A stretch of DNA of 64,000 nucleotides from Candidatus Poribacteria bacterium (GTDB taxonomy: Bacteria > Poribacteria > WGA-4E > WGA-3G): the NCBI GenBank assembly GCA_022824265.1, contig JAJEAG010000024.1:27521-91520 (forward strand). The letters are read 5' to 3'. The translations under genes and the position numbers were made by a program. The notes beneath the pieces are model-generated. The model was not told the DNA's origin. It saw only the letters and a list, made by a program, of their open reading frames with translations, and did no database searches. This document shows positions 18,137 through 27,922 of the stretch, piece after piece (the stretch's first letter is position 1; each line of letters opens with the position of its first letter).

Positions 18137-18895
18137 ATGGCACAGAACACAATCTTTCATAATTACACGTTCGGTGATCAAGAACGAAAACAATTAGATC
18201 ATGATGGTCATTATGTTCTACCAGAACTATTGACGAATGATGCTCGCGAACGATTGACTGAATCCTTAGCACGTATTGAATCACTTATTCCTGGTGGTAA
18301 AAAAGGCTATGAACCCAATCGTTTTGCAGCGGAGTACGACAGTTACCTTGAAAGTCTGATACCACATCCGCAAATGCTAAAACTTGCACGTGAAGTTCTT
18401 GGTGATGATATAAGATATGACCATTGTGTTAGTCTTAATCGTCCAGGTGGCAATGGAGGTATAGGATGGCATAGTCATAGTTATTCTGAAGATGATTCAC
18501 GATACGGTCTTGTCCGAATTTTCTTCTACGTCAACGGTTTTGATAAAGATGATGGCGGATTGAAGGCAGTACCTGGCAGTCACCTTTACCGAGACCCTAA
18601 AATACACGGAGCAACCGATAAGGCATTACGTGAAGGATGGTTAGCAGGTAAAACCCATCTTGATACAGGTGATCCATTAGAAATTCAGGAATTATCAGTA
18701 CCACCAGGAACAGTCGTTTTGATGTGGACACATGCAGCACATGCTGTAACACCGAGAAAACCAGATAGTGACACCAGATGGACTATAGTGTATGCATATT
18801 ATAAACCCGGTAAAGACCCTGGTGCCCGTTGGATTACACCTGAGTTTGAAAACAAACACATCCCAGGGGCAGAAGGATTGATGTCTCCTTATTAA
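18137..18895 (+). CDS. PhyH-family dioxygenase, tandem paralog 2, ~80% identical to the previous gene
   Basis: Near-colinear sequence with 17296..18054 (…FGDQERKQLDHDGHYVLPELL…GWHSHSY…VPGSHLYRD…). Confidence 0.65.
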   Translation: MAQNTIFHNYTFGDQERKQLDHDGHYVLPELLTNDARERLTESLARIESLIPGGKKGYEPNRFAAEYDSYLESLIPHPQMLKLAREVLGDDIRYDHCVSLNRPGGNGGIGWHSHSYSEDDSRYGLVRIFFYVNGFDKDDGGLKAVPGSHLYRDPKIHGATDKALREGWLAGKTHLDTGDPLEIQELSVPPGTVVLMWTHAAHAVTPRKPDSDTRWTIVYAYYKPGKDPGARWITPEFENKHIPGAEGLMSPY

Positions 18896-18929
18896 CAACA
18901 ATAGAAACGCACTGAATTTACATATTGAC

Positions 18930-20348
18930 ATGCAACAAAAGAAACCCAACATTCTATTACTCATCAACGATGAACACCGTCCAGATGTACTACCTATAGA
19001 AGGCAACACAGCCATCCGCACACCGACTCTCTCTCGGTTCATGGATGAAGGCACATACTTCCGCAATGCCTACACATCATCACCTGTCTGTGTTCCTGCA
19101 CGGCAAAGTTTCCTCTCAGGTCTCTATCCACGCAACTGTGGTTGCTTAAACTTTGGCGACCCTATGCCAACAGAAGTCCGAACCATTCCCGGACATCTTG
19201 GAAACTACGGATATTACACCTGTTGTGCTGGAAAAATGCACTTTGTCGGCACAGATGTAATGCACGGATGGCAAGAACGGATTGGACGCGATATTATTGG
19301 AAACAACGGCTACCCATATCCTCCAGTAAAAAATGAACATGCCGCACAATTTGAACGAGAACCGGGAACAGGTATGAAAAGTGACAAAACCAGGCAAGAA
19401 ATACGAGATGCTCAACCCGGAATTGGTCATTGGATGCTTCATGATCAATACAATGTAGACGGTGCTCTTCTATTCCTTGAAGAGTACTTTGTCAATGCAA
19501 CTTATGACCGTCCCAGAGCAAATCCGCTCTGTATGGCAGTAAGCCTAATCGCACCACACTATCCTTATCAGTGTCCACTTGATCTATTCAATTATTACAT
19601 GCAACGCGTGGAACCTATTGTTGAAGAACCCAATGAAAACTTTGACTACGATAACTTTTTTCGAGTAAAGGTAAATAAAGACGTTACCTACCGACAAGCA
19701 CATCGTGCTACCGCAGCATATTACGGTATGATTGAGTGGATGGATGCACAGTTTGGGAGAGTTATTGAGAAATTGGAACATCTGAATCTACTTGACGATT
19801 TCATCATTGTCTTTTTCTCTGACCACGGTGAGATGCTTGGTTCAAAAGGACTATGGGAGAAACAGCACTATTTTGAACCTTCTGTCCGTGTCCCTCTTTC
19901 AATCTGGTATCCCAAAAAGTTTGGTATTGAACCGAAAATAATTGAACAAAATGTATCCTTAGTTGACCTTTTTCCTACACTCTGTGAGTTAGCAGAAATT
20001 CCTGCCCCAGAAGAACTTGATGGAAATTCGCTTGTTCCCTTGATTGAAGGAAATACCACTGACTGGAATAATACCGTATATAGTGAACTGTGGCGCGCAA
20101 TTAATGGTCCTTCTGTAATGGTTAAAGAAGATGACATGAAGTATTTTCGCTTTGACAACAATAAGGGATGGCAAGACCAACTGTTTAATCTATCAAATGA
20201 TCCTGATGAGTGTAACAATCTGATAGACAATCCAAATTATACAGAAACACTTGAAAGACTCCGTACGAAAGTAGAAGCATTACCCGATCCGCGTCGAAAG
20301 GATAAAAATAACAGATTTATTGATCCGTACCGTACTATCTCAGATTAG
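18930..20348 (+). CDS. Sulfatase (formylglycine-dependent arylsulfatase family)
   Basis: N-terminal ILLLINDEHR and C-x-P-x-R FGly motif SSPVCVPARQSF. Length 472 aa. Confidence 0.75.
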   Translation: MQQKKPNILLLINDEHRPDVLPIEGNTAIRTPTLSRFMDEGTYFRNAYTSSPVCVPARQSFLSGLYPRNCGCLNFGDPMPTEVRTIPGHLGNYGYYTCCAGKMHFVGTDVMHGWQERIGRDIIGNNGYPYPPVKNEHAAQFEREPGTGMKSDKTRQEIRDAQPGIGHWMLHDQYNVDGALLFLEEYFVNATYDRPRANPLCMAVSLIAPHYPYQCPLDLFNYYMQRVEPIVEEPNENFDYDNFFRVKVNKDVTYRQAHRATAAYYGMIEWMDAQFGRVIEKLEHLNLLDDFIIVFFSDHGEMLGSKGLWEKQHYFEPSVRVPLSIWYPKKFGIEPKIIEQNVSLVDLFPTLCELAEIPAPEELDGNSLVPLIEGNTTDWNNTVYSELWRAINGPSVMVKEDDMKYFRFDNNKGWQDQLFNLSNDPDECNNLIDNPNYTETLERLRTKVEALPDPRRKDKNNRFIDPYRTISD

Positions 20349-20356
20349 AATTCGAT

Positions 20357-21802
20357 TTATTCGACTATAGATTCTTCGTTAAATAAATCCTTGAGGTCTA
20401 TAAGTAGAATATCATCTTCAGCTGCTCTATATTTTAAGGATTCTGTAAAGCCACTTGCAGAAAACAGAATATATCTCGGATCCTGCTGCCATTGAGTTGG
20501 TACTCTTTTTGACCTTTCAATCAGACGTGCCAATACATTTTCTCCAACTGGTTGATTCCACCATTTACATTCTCCAAATGTATGACTACCATCTAAGTTC
20601 TCTGTCATTATGTCAATTTCAATATCTGATTCCCAATGTCTACCCACAAGTATTGGAGGACTCATTAACTTTTCCTTCCCGAACAGACTAACATACTGTA
20701 TACATACATCTTCAAAGATTTCTCCCATATACTGTGATAAGTTCGGCTCAATCATTTGTTTATATACCAAATCTGAATTCTCTGATTCTATTAGACTCCT
20801 ATTCGGTAATACAAAGCGAAACCAGAATTTTATATAGTTTTCTGCTATTTTGTATATACCTTTTTTGCTTTTTAGTGGTGCTCGTTCCGTCACTGGAGTT
20901 TCTCGTTCTACCAATCCTAATTCCCTGAGAACACTTAGGTATTTATTTACACTTGTTGTACTAAGTCCAACTCTTTGTGATATTTCATTTAATCGCGTCA
21001 TACCACCAGCAACTGCTTGTAATATACTGGCATAAGTTCTGGGTTCTCTTAGTTCGGTTCGTAACAGAAAATTTACTTCATCAAATAAATATCCCTGAGG
21101 TGTGAGTAACTCATTTATGATACTTCGTTCAATATTTTTATGATATGTTTCTTTCAAATTTTGGGAAAAGTCTATTGTAAAACGATTCAGATAGGATGGT
21201 ATTCCACCAAGCATTCCATATACAAGCAATTTCTCTTTGTTTGTATAGTCAGGAAAGAACTTAGCACTATCTCTATAGGATAATGCTGTTAACTTTTTTT
21301 GGCTTGTCCTTCTCCCAAATAATGGTGATTTTTCAGCCAGCACTTCACCTTCCATAAAACTAACATGCGATCCACATAATATAAGGAAGATTCTACTGTT
21401 TTTCCCATGTAAGTCCCAAAACCGTTGTATAAGAGATGGTAGTGCAGGGTTGTCTTCACAGAGATATTGAAATTCATCAAGAACTACAACTAACCGCTCT
21501 TCTTGAGCCTTTTGTGCAAAATAGATTAATGCAGATTCCCAATCTCTAAATGTCATATTCTTTAGTAAAGGATCATCAATGACATGCTGTGCAACTTCCA
21601 TTACCTGATTTAGGTGATCACTTTCTTTCAACTGACTTGCCAGAAAGTAGATACTCCGTTTGTCCTTACAAAACTGCAACAGTAACTCAGTTTTTCCTAT
21701 TCTCCGTCTTCCATATAACACAAACAATTCTGGACTCTGTGTTTGATACATTTTTTCTAAATGATTTAATTCTTGTTCTCTGTTAATGAACACAGATTTC
21801 AC
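20357..21802 (-). CDS. AAA-family ATPase with a C-terminal DUF234 domain (Arch_ATPase type)
   Basis: Walker A YGRRRIGKTELL and Walker B VVVLDEFQYL. Length ~480 aa, typical of the ATPase+DUF234 family. Confidence 0.6.
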   Translation of the reverse strand: MKSVFINREQELNHLEKMYQTQSPELFVLYGRRRIGKTELLLQFCKDKRSIYFLASQLKESDHLNQVMEVAQHVIDDPLLKNMTFRDWESALIYFAQKAQEERLVVVLDEFQYLCEDNPALPSLIQRFWDLHGKNSRIFLILCGSHVSFMEGEVLAEKSPLFGRRTSQKKLTALSYRDSAKFFPDYTNKEKLLVYGMLGGIPSYLNRFTIDFSQNLKETYHKNIERSIINELLTPQGYLFDEVNFLLRTELREPRTYASILQAVAGGMTRLNEISQRVGLSTTSVNKYLSVLRELGLVERETPVTERAPLKSKKGIYKIAENYIKFWFRFVLPNRSLIESENSDLVYKQMIEPNLSQYMGEIFEDVCIQYVSLFGKEKLMSPPILVGRHWESDIEIDIMTENLDGSHTFGECKWWNQPVGENVLARLIERSKRVPTQWQQDPRYILFSASGFTESLKYRAAEDDILLIDLKDLFNEESIVE

Positions 21803-21845
21803 CTTATACTTTAGATTATTATACTTTAGATTATTATACTTTAAA
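21796..21845. repeat. Short tandem repeat (15-bp unit TACTTTAGATTATTA, ~3 copies)
   Basis: tatactttagattattatactttagattattatactttaaagtataa, directly upstream of the ATPase gene start. Confidence 0.6.
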
Positions 21846-22300
21846 GTATAATATTGGTCAATGGTAATTTCTGAAATTTACAGAGGCATTCAATTGTTGC
21901 GTTGTAATCTGTGTAACCCGTGATTCTGATAACACAGCATGCTTCTTCGTAGCACAAACTTTCCAGTTTATACCATTCAATACCAACGTTATGATATGTT
22001 ATCATCCTGTGAAACGGACTACAATACACCGAACTCCCAATCCTGAAATCCTGAAAATCCTAGTTCAGACAACAAGCAATTCAGACATACAAGAATCACT
22101 AAATTGACGTTTATGGTGCAGTTCCTAACCGCACCAGACGCTACAACATAGACAATTCGTAGGTAAATCTAACCCGAAATTTAGTATTTGATTGCACATA
22201 ATTTAATTTTATGATAAATTACTTGTAACCAGAAATCTATCGTTCAAGAATGTTTGGGAAACTGAATAATACATATCCTGTAAGGAGGAGATGTTCAACC

Positions 22301-25300
22301 ATGTTTTGGACATGTAACGAAACAAAGATATTTACATCAAGAAAATTCTGTAGAGGAATATTCCTTCTTCTATCTATAATTCTGTGTCTTACAATCACAA
22401 TACAGGACTCTGATGCTGATAAACTCCAGTTTGACAAGGATATCAGACCAATATTGTCTGATAAATGCTACGCTTGTCATGGACCGGATCCTGCAACGCG
22501 ACAAGCGGATCTACGTCTTGATACAAAAGAGGGGGCATTCTCTGATCCAAGTGGGTATCCAATTATTGTACCAGGAAAACCTGAGGAAAGCGAATTAGTA
22601 CTACGCATTACACATGAAGATATTGATAGACGCATGCCTCCTCAAGTTTCTAATAGACAACCGACACAAGAACAGATAAATACCTTAATCCAGTGGATCA
22701 CGGAAGGGGCTGAATGGGAAGAACATTGGGCATATTTTCCACCAAAAAAAGTTAATCCACCAGATGTGAAAACAATGGAATGGGTAAAAAATCCCATTGA
22801 TCAGTTTATTCTTGGTAAATTAGAAGCTGAAGGACTTGAACCCTCTTCAGAGGCAGATAGACGCACACTCATAAGACGGCTACATTTCGACTTGACTGGG
22901 TTATTACCAACACCTGGAGAGGTGGATCAATTTATTCGAGACCAACGACCAGAAGCCTACGAGCAACTTGTTAACCGTTTAATGTCTACGCCTCAATTTG
23001 GTGAACGATTGGCAATCTATTGGTTAGATTTAGTGCGTTATGCTGATACAAGTGGGTATCATTCTGATGAAAATGTCACTATTTGGCCCTACAGAGACTA
23101 CGTGATTAAAGCATTTAATGACAACATGCCTTATGACCAATTTACCATAGAAAACCTTGCAGGAGACTTACTTACAAATGCCTCACAAGAACAGAAGGTG
23201 GCATCAGGATATAATAGACTAAATCAAACTACAGCTGAAGGTGGAGCACAAGCAAAGGAATACCTTGCAATCTATGCGGCAGATAGAGTCCGGACAACTG
23301 CATCTGTGTGGTTGGGTGCTACACTTGGATGTGCACAATGTCATGACCATAAATTTGATCCTTATACTGCAAAGGATTTTTATAGTTTCGCTGCGTTCTT
23401 TGCTGATATTGAAGGACCAGGTGTTTATAGAGGTGGCAGCAAATGGGATCCAGTTGTAATGTTGCCAACTCAAGAACAACAAACAGAATTACAAGAAATT
23501 GATATTGAATTAGATAGATTACAAAAAGTGTTAAAATTGCCTTCTACTGGATTAGAAGTTGAACAAAAAAAGTGGGAGGAAGAGATTCAACGACTTCTCA
23601 CATCAACGGATGCAGCAGATTATGCATGGATAGACGATGCCCAATCAAATGGTGGTAAAACCGAAGGCACATGGAAATTTGTTGGGAAAAATGAAGCTCC
23701 AGTTTTCAGCAAAGAACGTTCACGAATACAGACAGCTGCACCTGAACAACTTGTCCAACATTCATTTCATAGCGCAAATCGTAAAGTTACACTAACTGAT
23801 GGTGACAAACTTTACGCGTACGTTTGGTTAGACCCAGATAATCCGCCACAGACAATCATGCTACAATGGAATGATGGAAGCTGGGAACATAGAGCATTCT
23901 GGGGTGAAGATAAAATCAAGTATGGTGAGATTGGAAATGATACACCTGCCCACAAACCGATGGGTGATTTACCCGAACTCGGATCATGGGTGCGACTTGA
24001 AGTTGACCCTACAGATGTTGGATTGAAAACTGGAAGTGTACTAAACGGTATGGCTTTCACACAGTTTAGTGGTAAAGCATATTGGGATGCAGCTGGTATA
24101 GCAACCACACTGGGTAATGTAACAAAGAATTCACACGATACAAACGTAATTAAAGCAATTCAAGTCGATCCTTATATCAGAACGACAAACCATCGAAAAC
24201 AGATTGCAGATTACTATAGAAGTATTGCTCCAGCACTTGATGGCATCCGTAACCAGATTGCTAACTTAGAAAAACGAAAAAATGAAATTAGATCAAAGAC
24301 CACCTATTCTCTAACTACCGTATCTGTTCCACCTCGTACAACACGTATACTACCGAGAGGAAATTGGCTTGACGACTCTGGTGATATTGTAGATCCAATG
24401 ATACCCGAATTCTTAGGTAATCTAAATATAAACAATCGTCGTCCATCACGTCTTGATCTTGCAAAATGGGTGGTCTCAAAGGACAATCCGTTGACTGCTC
24501 GTACATTTGTAAATAGACTTTGGGCTCTCTACTTCGGTACTGGTATCTCGCGTGTTCTTGATGACCTTGGAGCACAAGGTGAACCACCTGAACATGCAGA
24601 GTTGCTTGATTGGTTAGCTGTGGAATTTATGGAAAGTGGCTGGAATGTTAAACATCTGGTGAAGTTTATTGTCTCATCAAACGCTTACCGACAATCTTCT
24701 AAACCCAATGAAGTATTACAAGAAAAAGATCCCTATAACCGACTAATTGCGCGTCAATCAAGGTGGAGACTTGATGCGGAAATAGTCCGTGACAATGCAC
24801 TTTTACTGAGTGGATTACTTGTTAAGAAAATCGGAGGACCAAGTGTGAGACCATATCAGCCAATAGGATATTATTCAAATCTAAACTTCCCAAAACGGAA
24901 ATATGTGCATGACACAGGCGAAAGTCAATACCGTAGAGGGTTATATACTCACTGGCAGCGCACCTTCCTGCATCCAAGCATGATGGCATTTGATGCACCA
25001 AGTAGACAGGAATGTACTGCTGAAAGGTCTACCTCAAATACTCCCATGCAAGCACTGACGTTACTCAATGATCCGACTTATGTTGAAGCTGCAAGAGAGT
25101 TTGCTGCACGGATAATCCGTGAAGGTGGTGAAACTCCAACTGATCGTATCAATTGGGCATACCGAAAAGCCTTATCACGTGTGCCTGAACAGAAAGAACT
25201 CAATATTGTGACCAGTTTGATAGATAAACACATACAGGAATACACCAACAATCCAGATGCTGCGAAATCATTAGTAGCAATGAGTGAGACACCATCAATG

Positions 25301-25387
25301 AAGGGACTTGAACCCATTGAACTCGCTTCTTGGACATCTGTTGCACGAGTGCTATTGAACCTACATGAAACTATTACTCGGTATTAA
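22301..25387 (+). CDS. PSD1 (Planctomycete cytochrome c) + DUF1549 + DUF1553 domain protein
   Basis: DKCYACHGPD (PSCyt CxxCH-like) at the N-terminus. The long DUF1549/DUF1553-like body includes LGCAQCHDHKFDP. The start at 22301 is preferred because AGGAGG lies 9 nt upstream. Confidence 0.7.
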   Translation: MFWTCNETKIFTSRKFCRGIFLLLSIILCLTITIQDSDADKLQFDKDIRPILSDKCYACHGPDPATRQADLRLDTKEGAFSDPSGYPIIVPGKPEESELVLRITHEDIDRRMPPQVSNRQPTQEQINTLIQWITEGAEWEEHWAYFPPKKVNPPDVKTMEWVKNPIDQFILGKLEAEGLEPSSEADRRTLIRRLHFDLTGLLPTPGEVDQFIRDQRPEAYEQLVNRLMSTPQFGERLAIYWLDLVRYADTSGYHSDENVTIWPYRDYVIKAFNDNMPYDQFTIENLAGDLLTNASQEQKVASGYNRLNQTTAEGGAQAKEYLAIYAADRVRTTASVWLGATLGCAQCHDHKFDPYTAKDFYSFAAFFADIEGPGVYRGGSKWDPVVMLPTQEQQTELQEIDIELDRLQKVLKLPSTGLEVEQKKWEEEIQRLLTSTDAADYAWIDDAQSNGGKTEGTWKFVGKNEAPVFSKERSRIQTAAPEQLVQHSFHSANRKVTLTDGDKLYAYVWLDPDNPPQTIMLQWNDGSWEHRAFWGEDKIKYGEIGNDTPAHKPMGDLPELGSWVRLEVDPTDVGLKTGSVLNGMAFTQFSGKAYWDAAGIATTLGNVTKNSHDTNVIKAIQVDPYIRTTNHRKQIADYYRSIAPALDGIRNQIANLEKRKNEIRSKTTYSLTTVSVPPRTTRILPRGNWLDDSGDIVDPMIPEFLGNLNINNRRPSRLDLAKWVVSKDNPLTARTFVNRLWALYFGTGISRVLDDLGAQGEPPEHAELLDWLAVEFMESGWNVKHLVKFIVSSNAYRQSSKPNEVLQEKDPYNRLIARQSRWRLDAEIVRDNALLLSGLLVKKIGGPSVRPYQPIGYYSNLNFPKRKYVHDTGESQYRRGLYTHWQRTFLHPSMMAFDAPSRQECTAERSTSNTPMQALTLLNDPTYVEAAREFAARIIREGGETPTDRINWAYRKALSRVPEQKELNIVTSLIDKHIQEYTNNPDAAKSLVAMSETPSMKGLEPIELASWTSVARVLLNLHETITRY

Positions 25388-25559
25388 CTGAAATGGATTA
25401 TTTTCTATAAGTACTTGTGATGAAGAATGGAATTGATTAGGAACAAATTACATGAAGGATGTTTAATGTTACCACAGGTTTCAATTCTTGTTATAGTAAA
25501 ATCCAAAAATATATTCACACTCCTTGGTAGGTGCGGTTTCTAACCGCATTATTTACACA

Positions 25560-25813
25560 GGTTCAGTTAGGAAACCGAACCATAAGCATCAATTTAAGGA
25601 AATTCAGACGATGCAAAGTAGTAGGCACACGCCGTGTGCCGTATACAATAAGGGTATTCAACGCAGATTTGATATGGTATATATACTAAAAGATGTATGT
25701 TAGACGGCACACCAAATCAACGGTATGAATGCCATTAGGCATTCCCCGGAGTGTGCCTACTACCTTTAAATCAACACTAAATAATGCCTATGGTTCAGTT
25801 AGGAAACCGAACC
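25560..25813. repeat. Composite intergenic repeat: two 22-bp direct repeats flank a 146-bp element bounded by 13-bp perfect inverted repeats (MITE-like)
   Basis: GGTTCAGTTAGGAAACCGAACC at 25560-25581 and 25792-25813. GTAGTAGGCACAC at 25618-25630 and its reverse complement at 25751-25763. Internal palindrome GGCACACGCCGTGTGCC. Confidence 0.55.
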
Positions 25814-25857
25814 TACTGAGTGTATAAGTAATTACGAATTTTACTATAATAATTTAG

Positions 25858-26265
25858 GTGACGCACGTTATGAAGTCTAAAATAATAAAAATCTTATTAG
25901 CCTTACTTGTGGTTCTATGCATTCTATTTGGAATTGCAAATGGTATTTCCTATCAATTTACAGATGAGAGCAACGATATTAATGGCAAAACAACCAATTT
26001 TAAAAAAGGTTTTTTCAGATTAGTGCTTGTTTTCTCAATCGTTGTTAGTACTATAGGAGGAATTTTCTTCGCACATCTTGCAAAGAAAGATGAACTTGCT
26101 GATGAAAATGATGGAGATCCGCCTCCAAGACATTACACTAAACCTAAGTTGGCATTCTTTAATTTTTCTACTGTTATCTTTGGATTTGTTTGGTTAGTGT
26201 ACTTTATAATTCAATGGCCAGTTTATTATGTAATTGTATTTGTTGTAAATGGTTTTACAAGTTAA
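25858..26265 (+). CDS. Small integral membrane protein
   Basis: 135 aa with three hydrophobic helices and no recognised motif. Confidence 0.4.
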   Translation: MTHVMKSKIIKILLALLVVLCILFGIANGISYQFTDESNDINGKTTNFKKGFFRLVLVFSIVVSTIGGIFFAHLAKKDELADENDGDPPPRHYTKPKLAFFNFSTVIFGFVWLVYFIIQWPVYYVIVFVVNGFTS

Positions 26266-26417
26266 TTCAATTGATTATGGAATGAACTAAATTTGTATGA
26301 TAAAACAATCTTCAAATAGATTTTTATATCGTTACCAAGCACAGTAAATTGATGAATATTATTGGACAAACTCGCATAAACACTTCACCTGATTCTCAAA
26401 CACGAGAGGTATGAGAT

Positions 26418-27857
26418 ATGGCTATAGATATTAATGAAGAAACAAAACTCAACCTTACAAGGCGTACATTTCTGGGAAAATCAGTACGTGGTATTGGGTC
26501 GCTTGCCCTTGCTTCTCTGCTATCACCCTCACTGCTTAAAGCTGCGCCAAAGCTTGAGAAATGGCAAGGTATAATAACAGAACCACATATAGCACCGAAG
26601 GCAAAACGTGTTATACACCTTTGTATGGCAGGCGGACCATCACATTTAGAGACCTTAGATTATAAACCTAAACTTGCGGAAATGCACGGTAAACCGATGC
26701 CGCAATCATATACAAAAGGACAACCAATCGCTCAACTTCAGGGACAAGCAAATTCACTCAAGTGTCTTGGTCCTACTCATGAATTTAAAAAGTTTGGTGA
26801 ATCAGGTCAAGAGATGAGTTCTGCATTTCCACATATTGGTAGCCTTGCTGATGACATCTGCATAGTTAGATCACTCCGTACTGAACAGATAAATCATGAT
26901 CCTGCTCATACATTTATGAACACTGGAACTGCTATCTCAGGCAGACCCAGTATGGGTTCATGGTTGCTTTACGGACTTGGTAGTGAAAACGATAACCTGC
27001 CGGGATATGTCGTTTTAATCTCGTCTGGTGGTGGACAGGACCAACCGATTGCAAACCGACAATGGCATAGTGGTTTCCTACCGGGACAATTTCAAGGTGT
27101 TCAGTTCAATTCAAGTGGGGATCCCGTTCATTATGTCTCAAGTCCAGATGGAGTCAGTCAAGAACAGCAAAAAGACGTTGTTGGTGCAGTACAGTCATTA
27201 AACAGTATACTTGATGAAACCGTTGATGACCCCACTATATCCACACGAATCAATCAATACGAGATGGCATTCCGCATGCAGACCAGTGTCCCAGAATTGA
27301 CTGATATATCCAAAGAACCTCAGGATATTTTGGATATGTATGGTGCCAAGCCGGGAGATGGTTCGTATGCATCTAACTGCTTACTTGCACGAAGATTAGC
27401 GGAACGTGGTGTACGGTTTATTCAACTATACCATCGCGGATGGGATCATCATGGTGGAATCCAGAATGCTATCAAAACAACTGCTGGCTACGTGGACAAA
27501 GCAACAGCAGCACTCGTGAATGATCTAAAACAGCGGGGTATGTTAGATGATACCTTGGTTATCTGGGGTGGAGAATTTGGTCGGACTCCAATGGCACAAG
27601 GTAGTGGACGTGATCACCACATAAAAGGATTCTCAATGTGGATGGCTGGTGGTGGAGTCAAAGGTGGAATAAGTTATGGCAACACCGATGAATTGGGTTA
27701 CAATGCCGTTGAAAACATTGTCCATGTTCATGACTTCCATGCAACAATGCTCCATCTGTTCGGTATTGACCATGAAAAACTGATATATCGTTTCCAAGGT
27801 CGTGATTTCCGTCTGACAGATGTACACGGACATGTTGTGAAGGACATATTGGCTTAG
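26418..27857 (+). CDS. DUF1501 family protein (sulfatase-like fold) with Tat-type signal
   Basis: RRTFLGKSVRGIGSLALA twin-arginine-like signal. GGPSHLET and HHG motifs typical of DUF1501. Classic partner of a DUF1553 gene. Confidence 0.65.
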   Translation: MAIDINEETKLNLTRRTFLGKSVRGIGSLALASLLSPSLLKAAPKLEKWQGIITEPHIAPKAKRVIHLCMAGGPSHLETLDYKPKLAEMHGKPMPQSYTKGQPIAQLQGQANSLKCLGPTHEFKKFGESGQEMSSAFPHIGSLADDICIVRSLRTEQINHDPAHTFMNTGTAISGRPSMGSWLLYGLGSENDNLPGYVVLISSGGGQDQPIANRQWHSGFLPGQFQGVQFNSSGDPVHYVSSPDGVSQEQQKDVVGAVQSLNSILDETVDDPTISTRINQYEMAFRMQTSVPELTDISKEPQDILDMYGAKPGDGSYASNCLLARRLAERGVRFIQLYHRGWDHHGGIQNAIKTTAGYVDKATAALVNDLKQRGMLDDTLVIWGGEFGRTPMAQGSGRDHHIKGFSMWMAGGGVKGGISYGNTDELGYNAVENIVHVHDFHATMLHLFGIDHEKLIYRFQGRDFRLTDVHGHVVKDILA

Positions 27858-27922
27858 GGTTTCATACACATTCTATATTGCTATTTACAGAAGAAACTAA
27901 CTCAGTCTGAATACTATTTATA

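Noticed and set aside
21796-21845. Possible CRISPR array
   Set aside because: Only ~3 copies of a 15-bp direct repeat with no spacers. Nothing resembling a CRISPR array or cas genes is present anywhere in the window.
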